Source of the DNA: an uncultured candidate division Zixibacteria bacterium | Lineage (GTDB): Bacteria > Zixibacteria > MSB-5A5 > GN15 > FEB-12 | Assembly: GCA_963664195.1 (NCBI GenBank) | Contig: OY760907.1 | Coordinates: 2,816,001 to 2,880,000 of the forward strand | Reading direction: 5' to 3' | Length of the DNA stretch: 64,000 nt | In this document: positions 10,101 through 19,084 of the stretch, one piece after another | Position numbering within the stretch: position 1 is the stretch's first letter | Layout of the letters: the number at the start of each line of letters is the position of its first letter | Notes under the pieces: model-generated | Seen by the model: the letters and a program-made list of their open reading frames with translations, nothing else | The model's database searches: none | Told to the model about the DNA's origin: nothing | Made by a program: the position numbers and the translations under genes

Positions 10101-10685
10101 TTTGAAGATATTGAACATCCCAATCCACGATTGGATATCACCGCGACGACGCGCATCCCGGTTGCCTCCACGACGGACATCGCCGAGAATTCACGTTCCG
10201 ATGTCGAGCTGGCGATTCAGGTGACGGGTACGCTTGAGAATCCGGAGTTGAACACGGTCGAGTCCGACGGGGCCGATAACTCGCTCACTCGGGAGGAAAT
10301 CCTACCGCTAATCGTGGCCAACTATTACGGCTCCGGCACGCCGGGGCAATTCGATGCCCGGGTTTCTCAGCTGATTTCGTCGCAAGTGTCACAGATAGGC
10401 ACGAGGACACTCGGTGTTGAGACGTTTGAAATCGATCCTACCTACAAAGGGGAGCTTGATCCCAGCCACACGATGGTCACGCTTGGTCTGTATCCGTTCC
10501 GTGACCTGCTGCCCAATCTGTACTTGTACGGAGGGACCGACGTTTCCCTGGAACGCCGCCGCACGGTCGGTTTTGAGTATCGTCTGGGCAAAGCACTGCT
10601 CGTTGAGGGAGCGCACAACGATGATATTGATGATGAGGATAAGGAACTGTATCGCGTGAACCTGAAACTTCACTGGGAATTCTAA
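7131..10685 (+). CDS. tamB: Translocation and assembly module TamB-like protein
   Basis: About 1180 aa, N-terminal TM, beta-rich repeats, C-terminal DUF490-like NPRLDITA..VTGTLENP; directly upstream of an Omp85 gene. Confidence 0.8.
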   Translation: MMRWVKIIAISLISLFLLTVIVGYVYLVPFDGFESIVLGQVRGALGSDSPVEVEVGDISGWLVNGAEIENLSVFYHDSTRFYRMLSLRRVTAEYSVFDLMNGRLLFDHLVLDSLDILATKDGDGQWIVPLPPVGGGRGDSGTAPILGIDRLEINNSRLRAVKSEDDTVSVTDLNLSASIQAEEKTYSLELKTLGFVSSVGPVGESEIAGVATFSGGNLVFQDFQIVRGDTRLKLSGSYSINDTAGAAEVTLDQIDLAEVSAMFGAKLNGRVDLSGTVAYAEGKLSGRAHIGGDFLFASLENLFAEFRFEDRHLYFDTLYGTILGSCGIDGSAEVRFTPPMETYEIHASVKNFNLNNIVANTFPSDLSGSLALDGQSFSNKDLLLKFDVDLRESSFDEYPLHHAYGPVHVTTDSLMFPEPFTVDYFENTFTTTGTIDYDEDMLLYVDADLANLDRYRGKLFIDQPGGHGTGAAILSGRTSDPDLNGWFSSDSLWVYGLYADSCYSRFDIDRFLTGREGEVTVDLLSGAAWQVPYDTGYAHITLDSEIVYIDSVGFNSEVAVLAAGGMLDQGAYPWSLTVDTATLAVLDRHFFNRGQMRVVIDTLGFDLKGTTMGRDAAVLFANGRVDYDESMLMALKVNSIPIAPWLHLLYPALDADGYLSGEAYLSGDFSSPQFSVAGSIDSMVYRGVSLGDLSLSARYSERLVTIDSLLVYAHPGLYRANGQFFADLAFVAQDRERLPDLPFDIFVTATDQRFDLVSLFLPSVEDMSGDLFADFRLSGTPGEPHLDGEAFLRNGELKYFDLANRIQTDSAGVTMKDDIIEVNSVRVFVKDMPESYALINGNLRVKTLDTLFYNLTINIPNEMPFKYELDDIEGVVKEGNLTVLGDTPPTVLGNLTVSEVRYRAEFTTEEAGSPVMIALSGENLWDLNINIDIPSRYWIKNQDIDAEFSGYINLIRDNGKYRFIGELEILRGKGFLFDKTFRIEPGSQVTFEDIEHPNPRLDITATTRIPVASTTDIAENSRSDVELAIQVTGTLENPELNTVESDGADNSLTREEILPLIVANYYGSGTPGQFDARVSQLISSQVSQIGTRTLGVETFEIDPTYKGELDPSHTMVTLGLYPFRDLLPNLYLYGGTDVSLERRRTVGFEYRLGKALLVEGAHNDDIDDEDKELYRVNLKLHWEF

Positions 10686-10687
10686 GC

Positions 10688-12610
10688 ATGCGTTGGCTGC
10701 TGGTGATCTTTGGTCTGGTTCTGCTCTGCGGACAGGACTGTGTGGCGATAGACAAGGCGCAATTGCGCTGGGCGCGACGGCATCCGGTGATCGACTCCAT
10801 TCAAATCATCGGTAATTTCTATATCGAAGACTCAGAGATCAAACAGCGTATGTACTCTCGAACCCGTAACGCCTGGCTTGCTATCAAGGGCGACCGTCGC
10901 AGCCGCATCCAGCGGGAAACACTTGGTCGTGATACGCTCGAGATCAAATTCCTATATTTTTCGAACGGGTTTCTGGACGTTGCGATCAACCACTCGTATG
11001 TGCCACTTGGGGAGGACTCCACCGCCAAGGCTATTGTCCTGGTGGAGATAGCCGAGGGACAGCGATACCGTTACGGCGACATTGATGTTAAGGGTACTTT
11101 TCCCGGTAAGTTCTACGGGCGTTTTCGGTCATTGGCGAATCGATTGCAGCGTGGTGCGGCAGTCAATCCGCTGCAATTGAATGCGACCGAAGTTGGCATG
11201 AAAACCGAGTTGGCCAACGGCGGGTATCCTTATGCCACGGTGCATTATTTTGTGGACAAGGAAGGTGACCCGGACGCCTGCAGAGTCCTGTTCGCGATTG
11301 AATCTGATTCGCTGGTGCATTTCGGTGAAGTGCACATTGACGGAGACAGTGTGTTCCCTGCCTACGCCGCACATCGGGAGCTGAAGATTGTCCCGGGGGA
11401 GGTCTACCGACGAGAGGATATTCTGGAATCCCAACGCCGTTTGTTTGAGTCCGGATACTTCACAACGTTTCAGTTGAACCGGACTAAGGATACTCTTGAT
11501 CGCCTCCACCCGGATTTTTCGCTAAAACTTCGTGAGCGCAAACCTCGCCAGGTAACGTTTAAGGCCGGTGCCGGCCAGTCACGAGTGCGCGATCTGCAGT
11601 GGGACGTTTCCGGTGCTTACGGCAAGCTCAATTTCTTCGGCTCGCGGCGGTATGATCTCCTGGCAGATTACTCCTTTTCGCTCGGCAAGGATACCCGAAT
11701 AATCAAACATCGGTATCGTGTTCGTATAACGGAGCCGTGGTTTTTGGGCATGAGAATGCCGGTGGCGCTCACCGGCGAAGTACAACCCCGGACACGCGAC
11801 ATTGAGCAGGAGTTCAAAAAGAGGTCATGGTCGGTCTCTCTTGACGTTTACAAGTGGTACACTCGCAAAGTACGGGCAAACATCGGCGTTGAATACCAGT
11901 ACGTGAAAATATCGGGCATTCCGCCTGAAACTGAGAAGGATGTCCGCGACCAGGCGGGTATTTCGGCCCGTCGGAAGATCTACTTCGGCATCCGTCGGGA
12001 CAGCCGTGACGATCCGTTTGTGCCGCATCATGGATCGGTAACCGAGATCAGCGCCGAGTATTTCGGCGGTTTCATGGGGGGAGACGACAGCTTCTACAAA
12101 CTTGAGGCAAGTTGGTCTCGCTATCGCAATGCCTGGCCGGGATGGATTTCGGCGACACGGCTCAAAGGAGGGATGGCGCTCGAATTCGGCGAGACTCCAT
12201 ACGTGCCACTTGATGAAGCTATCTACGTCGGAGGAGCCAACACTGTTCGAGGGTTCGAGGAAAACAAGCTGGGACCGCTTCGCGAAGACGGCACTCCGCT
12301 CGGGACGCGATATAACATTGTTTTCAACCAGGAGTTTCGTTGGAAGACGGTGCAATTCCTTAATCCGCTTCCGATTATCGGACGGTTGATGTCTGCCTTT
12401 CCGCTGTGGCAGACCCTCTTTGTTGATGTAGGAAACGGCTTCGCCGGGAGGTCCGAAATCAGTTTCGACAATCTGGCCGTAGCATACGGGTCGGGTATCC
12501 AGATCATGTCACCGGCCGGTCCGATCCGGCTCGATTATGCCCGTGTCGTCGCCACAGAGCATTTTCCAGTGGCCTCTCGCTGGCACTTCACTATATTGTA
12601 CGCGTTTTAG
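10688..12610 (+). CDS. Omp85-family outer membrane protein (TamA/BamA-like) with POTRA domains
   Basis: GGANTVRGF motif, SPAGPIRLDYA, terminal Phe. Confidence 0.88.
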   Translation: MRWLLVIFGLVLLCGQDCVAIDKAQLRWARRHPVIDSIQIIGNFYIEDSEIKQRMYSRTRNAWLAIKGDRRSRIQRETLGRDTLEIKFLYFSNGFLDVAINHSYVPLGEDSTAKAIVLVEIAEGQRYRYGDIDVKGTFPGKFYGRFRSLANRLQRGAAVNPLQLNATEVGMKTELANGGYPYATVHYFVDKEGDPDACRVLFAIESDSLVHFGEVHIDGDSVFPAYAAHRELKIVPGEVYRREDILESQRRLFESGYFTTFQLNRTKDTLDRLHPDFSLKLRERKPRQVTFKAGAGQSRVRDLQWDVSGAYGKLNFFGSRRYDLLADYSFSLGKDTRIIKHRYRVRITEPWFLGMRMPVALTGEVQPRTRDIEQEFKKRSWSVSLDVYKWYTRKVRANIGVEYQYVKISGIPPETEKDVRDQAGISARRKIYFGIRRDSRDDPFVPHHGSVTEISAEYFGGFMGGDDSFYKLEASWSRYRNAWPGWISATRLKGGMALEFGETPYVPLDEAIYVGGANTVRGFEENKLGPLREDGTPLGTRYNIVFNQEFRWKTVQFLNPLPIIGRLMSAFPLWQTLFVDVGNGFAGRSEISFDNLAVAYGSGIQIMSPAGPIRLDYARVVATEHFPVASRWHFTILYAF

Positions 12611-12677
12611 GAATCGGCACTCCCGGGAGCTCACGGAACTACCGTGCGGTCGGAGGTGTTGAACGTACAACTGTGAG

Positions 12678-13856
12678 ATGACCAACATGGATTATATTTA
12701 TCTAGATCACAATGCTACTACGGCGACCGATCCGGCAGTTGTCGAGGCAATGATGCCGTATCTGGGTCAGGCGTACGGCAACGCCAGCTCGGTGCACTCC
12801 ACCGGTCGTGAGGCGAAGGTTGCCCTGGAAAACGCCCGTGAGCAGGTGGCGGCGTTCATAGGTTGCGAGCCGTCGGAATTCTATTTCACTTCAGGAGGAA
12901 CCGAGTCGGACAATATTGCCGTGCTCGGGACGGCCTTGCACCTCCGGAATCGTCGCGACCATTTGATTGTCGGTGCGACCGAGCATCACGCCGTGTTGGA
13001 GCCGGCCGAACATCTGGCCAATCGTGAAGACTTCAGTCTGGATATTCTTCCGGTTGACGCCGAAGGGTTTGCATCTCCCGTCGATCTCGAGAAACTGGTA
13101 ACTTCCCAGACAGCAATTGTCTCGGTAATGCACGGCAACAACGAGACGGGCGCGATACAGGACATCGCCGCTTTGGCCAGCATCGCGCGTGAGAAGAATG
13201 TCCTGTTCCATACCGATGCGGTGCAGACCTGTGGGAAGATACCGGTCAATGTTCGCAAACTTGGTGTCGACATGCTTTCTCTGACCGCGCACAAAGTCTA
13301 CGGACCCAAGGGCATAGGCGGTCTGTTCATTCGGCAGGGAGTTAAGATTGCGCCGTTGTTCTACGGCGGATCGCATGAAAAAAAACGCCGTCCGGGAACG
13401 GAGAACGTGGCCGGTGCGGTCGCGTTGGCCAAGACGCTTGAACTTGCTGCGGCGCGGATGGAAGAAGATCACGCCCGTCTGACCGGGCTGGCTGATTTCT
13501 TCATCAAGCAGGTAACAGCAAACATTCCTGACGTTACACTCAACGGTCCGCGGGCCAACCGCGTCCCGCAGACGGTCAACCTGTCGTTTTTGGGGATCGA
13601 GGGTGAATCCATTGTACTGTCGCTTGATCTCGAAGGTATCGCCTGTTCTTCAGGTTCTGCCTGCACTTCCGGGACGACCGGTCCCTCTCATGTTCTGGCG
13701 GCAATGGGTAAGCCTTCGATGGAGGCACAGGGGGCGGTGCGGTTCTCGATGGGACATGCCACCACTCAGAAAGATCTCGAATACGTGATTGAAAAGCTGC
13801 CTTCAATCATAGGTCGCCTGCGCGATATGTCACCCCTCTACAGTCCCTCGAAATGA
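12678..13856 (+). CDS. iscS: Cysteine desulfurase (IscS/NifS)
   Basis: YLDHNATT, TSGGTESDN, HTDAVQ, TAHKVYGPKG, SSGSACTS. Confidence 0.95.
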   Translation: MTNMDYIYLDHNATTATDPAVVEAMMPYLGQAYGNASSVHSTGREAKVALENAREQVAAFIGCEPSEFYFTSGGTESDNIAVLGTALHLRNRRDHLIVGATEHHAVLEPAEHLANREDFSLDILPVDAEGFASPVDLEKLVTSQTAIVSVMHGNNETGAIQDIAALASIAREKNVLFHTDAVQTCGKIPVNVRKLGVDMLSLTAHKVYGPKGIGGLFIRQGVKIAPLFYGGSHEKKRRPGTENVAGAVALAKTLELAAARMEEDHARLTGLADFFIKQVTANIPDVTLNGPRANRVPQTVNLSFLGIEGESIVLSLDLEGIACSSGSACTSGTTGPSHVLAAMGKPSMEAQGAVRFSMGHATTQKDLEYVIEKLPSIIGRLRDMSPLYSPSK

Positions 13857-13863
13857 GCAGTCA

Positions 13864-14967
13864 ATGAGCGACGGCAAGCGAGTTCTGATTGCTATGTCCG
13901 GCGGTGTCGATTCTTCGGTGACCGCGTTGCTCTTGAAAGAGCAAGGATATGAGGTCATCGGTGCCCACATGAAACTGTGGGATTATGTCGATGTCGGCGG
14001 TGATATACATCAGGACGGTCGGTGCTGTACTCTGGACTCGATTACAGATTGCCGGTTCATCTGCGACAGAATCGAAGCTCCGTTTTACGTCTTGAATCTT
14101 TCGGAGCAGTTTCGCGAAAAAGTGATTGAGGATTTTGTTGCGGAGTACAAAGCCGGCCGTACGCCAAACCCGTGCGTGCGATGCAACATTGATGTCAAAT
14201 GGGATGAGTTCCTGCACAAGGCGGAAGAGTTGGGTTGTGACTTCATAGCAACCGGGCACTATTCGTTTGTTGAAAAGGGCGAGACCGGACGATGGCATAT
14301 TCGCAAGGGGATAGATGCTTCACGCGATCAATCGTATGTCCTGTGGGGACTGACTCAGGACGCGTTGTCCAAAACGCTCATGCCTTTGGGCGGGCTTCTG
14401 AAGTCCGAGGTGAGGGAGATCGCCCGCTGCCACGGGCTTCGCACGGCCGAAAAGGCTGAGTCCCGCGAGATTTGTTTTGTCACCGATAATGACTATCGAA
14501 GGTTCCTTAGCGAATACGAAGAAAAACGCGGACGGCAGTTTGCACCGGGTGAGATCGTGCACACCGACGGTCGTGTGCTTGGCACGCACAACGGTACGGC
14601 GTTTTTCACCGTGGGGCAGCGACGAGGGATAGGTCTGGGACATCCTTCACCGCTCTATGTGCACAGCATCGACGTGCCGTCGCGGCGCATCATCGTCGGC
14701 GACAACGATGGCCTTCTCCAGACGGAGCTTATCGCTGAGCAGGTCAACTGGATGGGCATGGTGCCCTCCGACTTTTCTTTTGAGGCAGACGTAAAAATCC
14801 GGTATATGCACACGCCGGGACAGGCGGTCGTGTCGCCTTTGGATGACGATAGAGTGCGCGTTGTCTTCGGGAAACCGCAGCGTGCTATCACACCCGGTCA
14901 GTCGGTTGTGTTCTACCGCCGTGACATTCTCCTCGGCGGTGGGCTCATTGCCGACAGACCTGCCTGA
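13864..14967 (+). CDS. mnmA: tRNA 2-thiouridine(34) synthase
   Basis: SGGVDSS, GRTPNPC, ATGHY, DQSY, TVGQRRG, AITPGQ. Confidence 0.96.
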   Translation: MSDGKRVLIAMSGGVDSSVTALLLKEQGYEVIGAHMKLWDYVDVGGDIHQDGRCCTLDSITDCRFICDRIEAPFYVLNLSEQFREKVIEDFVAEYKAGRTPNPCVRCNIDVKWDEFLHKAEELGCDFIATGHYSFVEKGETGRWHIRKGIDASRDQSYVLWGLTQDALSKTLMPLGGLLKSEVREIARCHGLRTAEKAESREICFVTDNDYRRFLSEYEEKRGRQFAPGEIVHTDGRVLGTHNGTAFFTVGQRRGIGLGHPSPLYVHSIDVPSRRIIVGDNDGLLQTELIAEQVNWMGMVPSDFSFEADVKIRYMHTPGQAVVSPLDDDRVRVVFGKPQRAITPGQSVVFYRRDILLGGGLIADRPA

Positions 14968-15092
14968 ATCGCACCCGACATTGGCGCCCCTCTGAAACAA
15001 TACCAATTTGATGTTGACTCGAGTGGCGGCACGTGTCATTGTTAGCGTAGATAATATGTGAACTGGAAAATACTGGTGGAAGGAGTGCACAG

Positions 15093-15770
15093 ATGCCACA
15101 AGCCAAATTTCTCGGACACAGCTGTGTGGCCCTGACCGAGGGCGACCATAAGCTGATCATCGATCCGTTTTTGACCGGTAACGAGTTGACGACGGTCTCG
15201 CCCGAAGAGATCGATGTTGACTACGTGCTGATCACGCACGGTCACGGCGACCACCTCGGCGACGGAGTTGCGATCGCCGAACGGTGCGGCGCCACGATAA
15301 TTGCCACCTACGAATTGGCCAATTTCTGTGGAAAAGCTGGCGCCAAAGTGCATCCAATGCATATCGGCGGTGGGCACGATTTTGACTTTGGCCGGGTGAA
15401 ACTAACCATTGCTCATCATGGCGGGGGAGCCGGTGACGACGCCAGTATCTACACCGGACCACCGGTAGGTTTTCTTGTGACAATCGGCGGACTGACGGTC
15501 TATCACTCAGGCGATACCGGCTTGTTCTACGATATGAAGCTGATCGGCGAGATGAACGAAATCGATCTGGCCTTCCTGCCGATAGGGGACAACTTCACGA
15601 TGGGGATCGACGATGCCGTCAAGGCTGTGGAGCTGCTGAAACCACAGCGGGTGGTGCCGATGCACTACGATACGTTTGACATGATTAAGGCTGATCCCGC
15701 CGTGTTTGCCTCCAGGGTTGAAGGTGCACAGGTTATTGTGCTGAAACCGGGCGACAATATCGATTTCTGA
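15093..15770 (+). CDS. Metal-dependent hydrolase, MBL fold (UPF0173-like)
   Basis: IDPFLTGN, THGHGDH, YHSGDT, PIGDNFTM, PMHYDTF. Confidence 0.9.
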   Translation: MPQAKFLGHSCVALTEGDHKLIIDPFLTGNELTTVSPEEIDVDYVLITHGHGDHLGDGVAIAERCGATIIATYELANFCGKAGAKVHPMHIGGGHDFDFGRVKLTIAHHGGGAGDDASIYTGPPVGFLVTIGGLTVYHSGDTGLFYDMKLIGEMNEIDLAFLPIGDNFTMGIDDAVKAVELLKPQRVVPMHYDTFDMIKADPAVFASRVEGAQVIVLKPGDNIDF

Positions 15771-15792
15771 TCACGGTTGGTTCTGAGTTTGC

Positions 15793-15825
15793 GGGCGGTG
15801 GGGAATTTCTCATCGCCCTTTTTTT
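15793..15825 (+). terminator. Intrinsic terminator
   Basis: GGGCGGTGGGGA/TCTCATCGCCC stem followed by a T tract. Confidence 0.7.
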
Positions 15826-15939
15826 GTGATCGGCAGGCCCTTCGCGCCTGTCGAATTACTTGAGCCTTGTTGTTGATTGCGGAGATCGGGACGTACATAT
15901 TTACAAAAAGAAATAACCTCTCTGAGTGTACAAAGGGAT

Positions 15940-18771
15940 ATGAAAAAGCTTCTCAAAATTCTCGTCTGGACCGCGAGTATCATCGTGGCCCTGTTCCTCG
16001 TCGCAATTATCTGCATCAAGGTATTTTTCCCTGCTGACAAGGTGAAGGCAATGGCGGTCGAACAGGGCAGTGCCATGCTTGGCCGTGAGGTCTCGGTAGA
16101 GGGACTGGACATTTCTATCTGGGGGGGACTTGGCGTTGAGCTGCAGGACGTGGAGGTCAGCAATCCGCCCGGCATGGAAGGCCCCCATTTTCTGGGCGCG
16201 AAAAACGTCGATCTCAAGTTGCAGTTGTGGCCGTTGATAAGGGGGGATATTCGCGTGGATCGTTTGATTATCGATTCGCCAGATATCTACATGCTCAAAA
16301 CGGCGGCGGGGGCGGTTAACTACAGCTTTGATCTGCCCGATTCCACGCTGCCTCCCGAAGTCGCAAAGGCGACTGAAGACTTGCCGGAGGAAGCGAAGCC
16401 GGCTGCCGCGGCAATCTCATTTGATGAGTTGGAGGTTGTCGACGGGCGACTGGTCTTCCAGGACGACAGCACCGGGCTGCGCGTGGAATTGGTCAATCTG
16501 GGCCTGTCGACTTCGCTTGAGAATCCCCGGTCCGGTTTTTTTGCCTCTTCAGGCCATCTCGAAATAGACAGCATCAAAGCCACCATGGATGAAGCATATC
16601 CGGTCATTTCGCTTGATCTGGACTACGAGACGGGCTATGACATGAACAAGGGGACGGTCGCGATCGAGAAAGGAGATTTTTCGGTCAACGGCATCAAGTT
16701 CACGGTCTCCGGAAACCTCGGTGATCCTCTGGGCGTCCTGTGGGCCAAGACCAACATTCAGTCAGACGGCGTAACGGTGCAGAATCTGTTGGCCCTGCTG
16801 CCCCTGAAACAGCAGGAATCGATGAAAGATCTCTCAATCGAAGGCGAGTTTGCCTTCGATGCTGACCTTGAGTACACTCCCGATTCAGAAACGCCCGTCT
16901 TTTATACCGGGACAGCCTCGCTGACCGATCTCACCATGTCCAAGAGCGACGTGCAGGGGGAGTTGAAGTTTGGTCGTTGTCTGATCGATTTCAAGCCGGA
17001 TGACCTTCGGGCCAATATTGAGGACGGCAGTTTCGACGGTCAGCCGTTCAAGGGATATGTGACGGTGACCGACTTCGAGCAACCGACCGTGGGCGGTGAG
17101 TTGGCCGGCGGGTTCGATCTCGTGTTCTTGAAGCCGTTCCTTCCGGCTGAACGGGCGCACGATATTTCGGGTCAGACGCAGTTTGATCTCAAGTTCTCCG
17201 GTAGGGCAAGCGAACCGAAAGATATGCTGTTCTCTGGGAATCTAACGATCGAGAAAGGGAAGTATTCCTCGGCGCTGATTCCAGAGCCGGTCGAGGAGTT
17301 TTCTGTAGATGCCTATTTCGACAATCGCCTGCTTCATGTCAGGAAATTGAACTGCTCGTTTCCCTCCGGCGGTCTCCGATTTACCGGGCGTGTGACCGAC
17401 CTGATGGCATTGATGCTCGCTGACTCTGTGGAGGCCGCGGAGATACATCCGGAGATCGAGGGATCACTGAAAGGGCAGGTCAACCTGGCGATGTTCAATC
17501 GGTACCTTCCCGATAAAGGCAACCCCGATGTGGCCGGCAAGCTGGCGGTTGATCTCAGCCTGTCCGGCAGAGGAGGGGACCTGACGAGTCTGAAGCCGCT
17601 TGGAAGTATGGTTATTTCAGATGCCGCTTACGCAGACTCGTTGTTACCGGAGCCGGTGAAGCATTTCGAGGCTCGCTTGGATTTGATTCCCGATACGATC
17701 ATCGTGAGCAATCTGAAAGTCAGATTCGTGTCCAGCGACGCCTCTTTCAATGGGCGACTGGCGAATCCCTTTCCGTATTTGCTCCCGGTTGAGGGACTTG
17801 ACCGTTCCACGGTCAAGCGACCGTTCTTCACGTTTGAGCTTTCAGCCAACCGGTTTGACACGGACAAAATGTTCCCGGCCGCTGTGCCGGGTTCGGCCAG
17901 TGATCCGACGACCGTGTCAATGGACTCGATCTCCATTGTCATATTGCCGGACATAGACGGAAAGGGGACTGTCAGGGCTGACACAGTAGTATACTGCGGA
18001 GTGGAGCTTACCGGGGTCGACGGCAATATCAGGATTCGCGACCGTAAGATAGAGTGTTACGACGCCACTGCCCGCGTGTACACCGGCGGGGTGGCCGGCA
18101 AGACGACAATTGACCTGAGTGATTTCGAGAACCCGCACTATACCGGCGAATTCACGGGAACTCAGATTGAGGCAGATGATTTCCTCAGCCGGTTTACTAA
18201 GTTCGGCGGCCATCTGTTCGGCAAGGCGAATGTCTCCGGTAGTTATGATGCTCGCGGCTGGGATCCAGACGCGTTTCTGAGTTCCCTGACCTTGGATGGT
18301 GTCGGTAATCTGCGGGAGGGCAAGCTCGTTACCGATGGAACTGCGTATGGCGTATTGAAGGAACTGGCCGAGAAGACCGGCGAGTCAATTGACAAAGAAC
18401 AGGTCATCAAGGCGCTCACCACGAAGATTCATGTGCAGGATGGTAAGGTCAAACTGGATCAAATGCAGACCGCACTGGGGACCATCGGTGACTTGTCTTT
18501 TGATGGCTCTTACGGTTTTGACGGAAGTCTTGATTACAGGGGAACACTTAATCTGTCAACGGATTACACCACAAAGCTAAAGCATACCTTTGGCGATCTC
18601 GTCTCCAGTCTGACCGATCCCGATACAGGCAGACTGCCCCTTCCGCTGGTGATTGGCGGGACGACTGAATCCCCCTCGGTTGGCATAGACTGGACGTCCC
18701 TGTCATCGAAAGCGACCGACGACCTTAAGAAAAAGGCGGGCAATCTGCTCAAAGGATTGTTCAAGAAATAG
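15940..18771 (+). CDS. AsmA-family protein
   Basis: N-terminal TM, LGREVSV..LWPLIRGDIRVDRLIIDSP AsmA-N pattern, C-terminal LPLVIGGT..P and amphipathic tail. Confidence 0.8.
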   Translation: MKKLLKILVWTASIIVALFLVAIICIKVFFPADKVKAMAVEQGSAMLGREVSVEGLDISIWGGLGVELQDVEVSNPPGMEGPHFLGAKNVDLKLQLWPLIRGDIRVDRLIIDSPDIYMLKTAAGAVNYSFDLPDSTLPPEVAKATEDLPEEAKPAAAAISFDELEVVDGRLVFQDDSTGLRVELVNLGLSTSLENPRSGFFASSGHLEIDSIKATMDEAYPVISLDLDYETGYDMNKGTVAIEKGDFSVNGIKFTVSGNLGDPLGVLWAKTNIQSDGVTVQNLLALLPLKQQESMKDLSIEGEFAFDADLEYTPDSETPVFYTGTASLTDLTMSKSDVQGELKFGRCLIDFKPDDLRANIEDGSFDGQPFKGYVTVTDFEQPTVGGELAGGFDLVFLKPFLPAERAHDISGQTQFDLKFSGRASEPKDMLFSGNLTIEKGKYSSALIPEPVEEFSVDAYFDNRLLHVRKLNCSFPSGGLRFTGRVTDLMALMLADSVEAAEIHPEIEGSLKGQVNLAMFNRYLPDKGNPDVAGKLAVDLSLSGRGGDLTSLKPLGSMVISDAAYADSLLPEPVKHFEARLDLIPDTIIVSNLKVRFVSSDASFNGRLANPFPYLLPVEGLDRSTVKRPFFTFELSANRFDTDKMFPAAVPGSASDPTTVSMDSISIVILPDIDGKGTVRADTVVYCGVELTGVDGNIRIRDRKIECYDATARVYTGGVAGKTTIDLSDFENPHYTGEFTGTQIEADDFLSRFTKFGGHLFGKANVSGSYDARGWDPDAFLSSLTLDGVGNLREGKLVTDGTAYGVLKELAEKTGESIDKEQVIKALTTKIHVQDGKVKLDQMQTALGTIGDLSFDGSYGFDGSLDYRGTLNLSTDYTTKLKHTFGDLVSSLTDPDTGRLPLPLVIGGTTESPSVGIDWTSLSSKATDDLKKKAGNLLKGLFKK

Positions 18772-18825
18772 AGATTCACAGACTGATGTCGAGATTTCCG
18801 GTCGGTGAAAAAACTGATTTTGTGT

Positions 18826-18859
18826 CACCCTCAAGGCTTTCTTGAGGGTGTTTTCTTTC
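18826..18859 (+). terminator. Intrinsic terminator
   Basis: CACCCTCAAG/CTTGAGGGTG stem followed by TTTTCTTT. Confidence 0.7.
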
Positions 18860-18989
18860 AGGCGGATGTTGGTCATTTGCCCTGGTGCCCCCTGCCCATT
18901 TCCTGAATCCGGTCAGTTTTTGTCCGATACTTGCTTTGCACCCCATGTTTCATTTTTCACCAATCCGTGTCAGTCGGTGTTGGTTTCGG

Positions 18990-19017
18990 TCAACAATCTA
19001 TGTCGAAGTGCCGATAA
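18990..19017 (+). promoter_or_regulatory. Sigma28-like promoter motif
   Basis: TCAAC-N15-GCCGATAA upstream of the PAS protein. Confidence 0.45.
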
Positions 19018-19084
19018 CATAACGTGATAGATCGTTGCCTCAGGCGCGACAGAAAATGGTTGAAGTGACTCTTGAAAGGGTTCA

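Noticed and set aside
18904..18930. Additional sigma28-like site TGAAT-N14-TCCGATAC
   Set aside because: Poor -35 element; a better site lies at 18990
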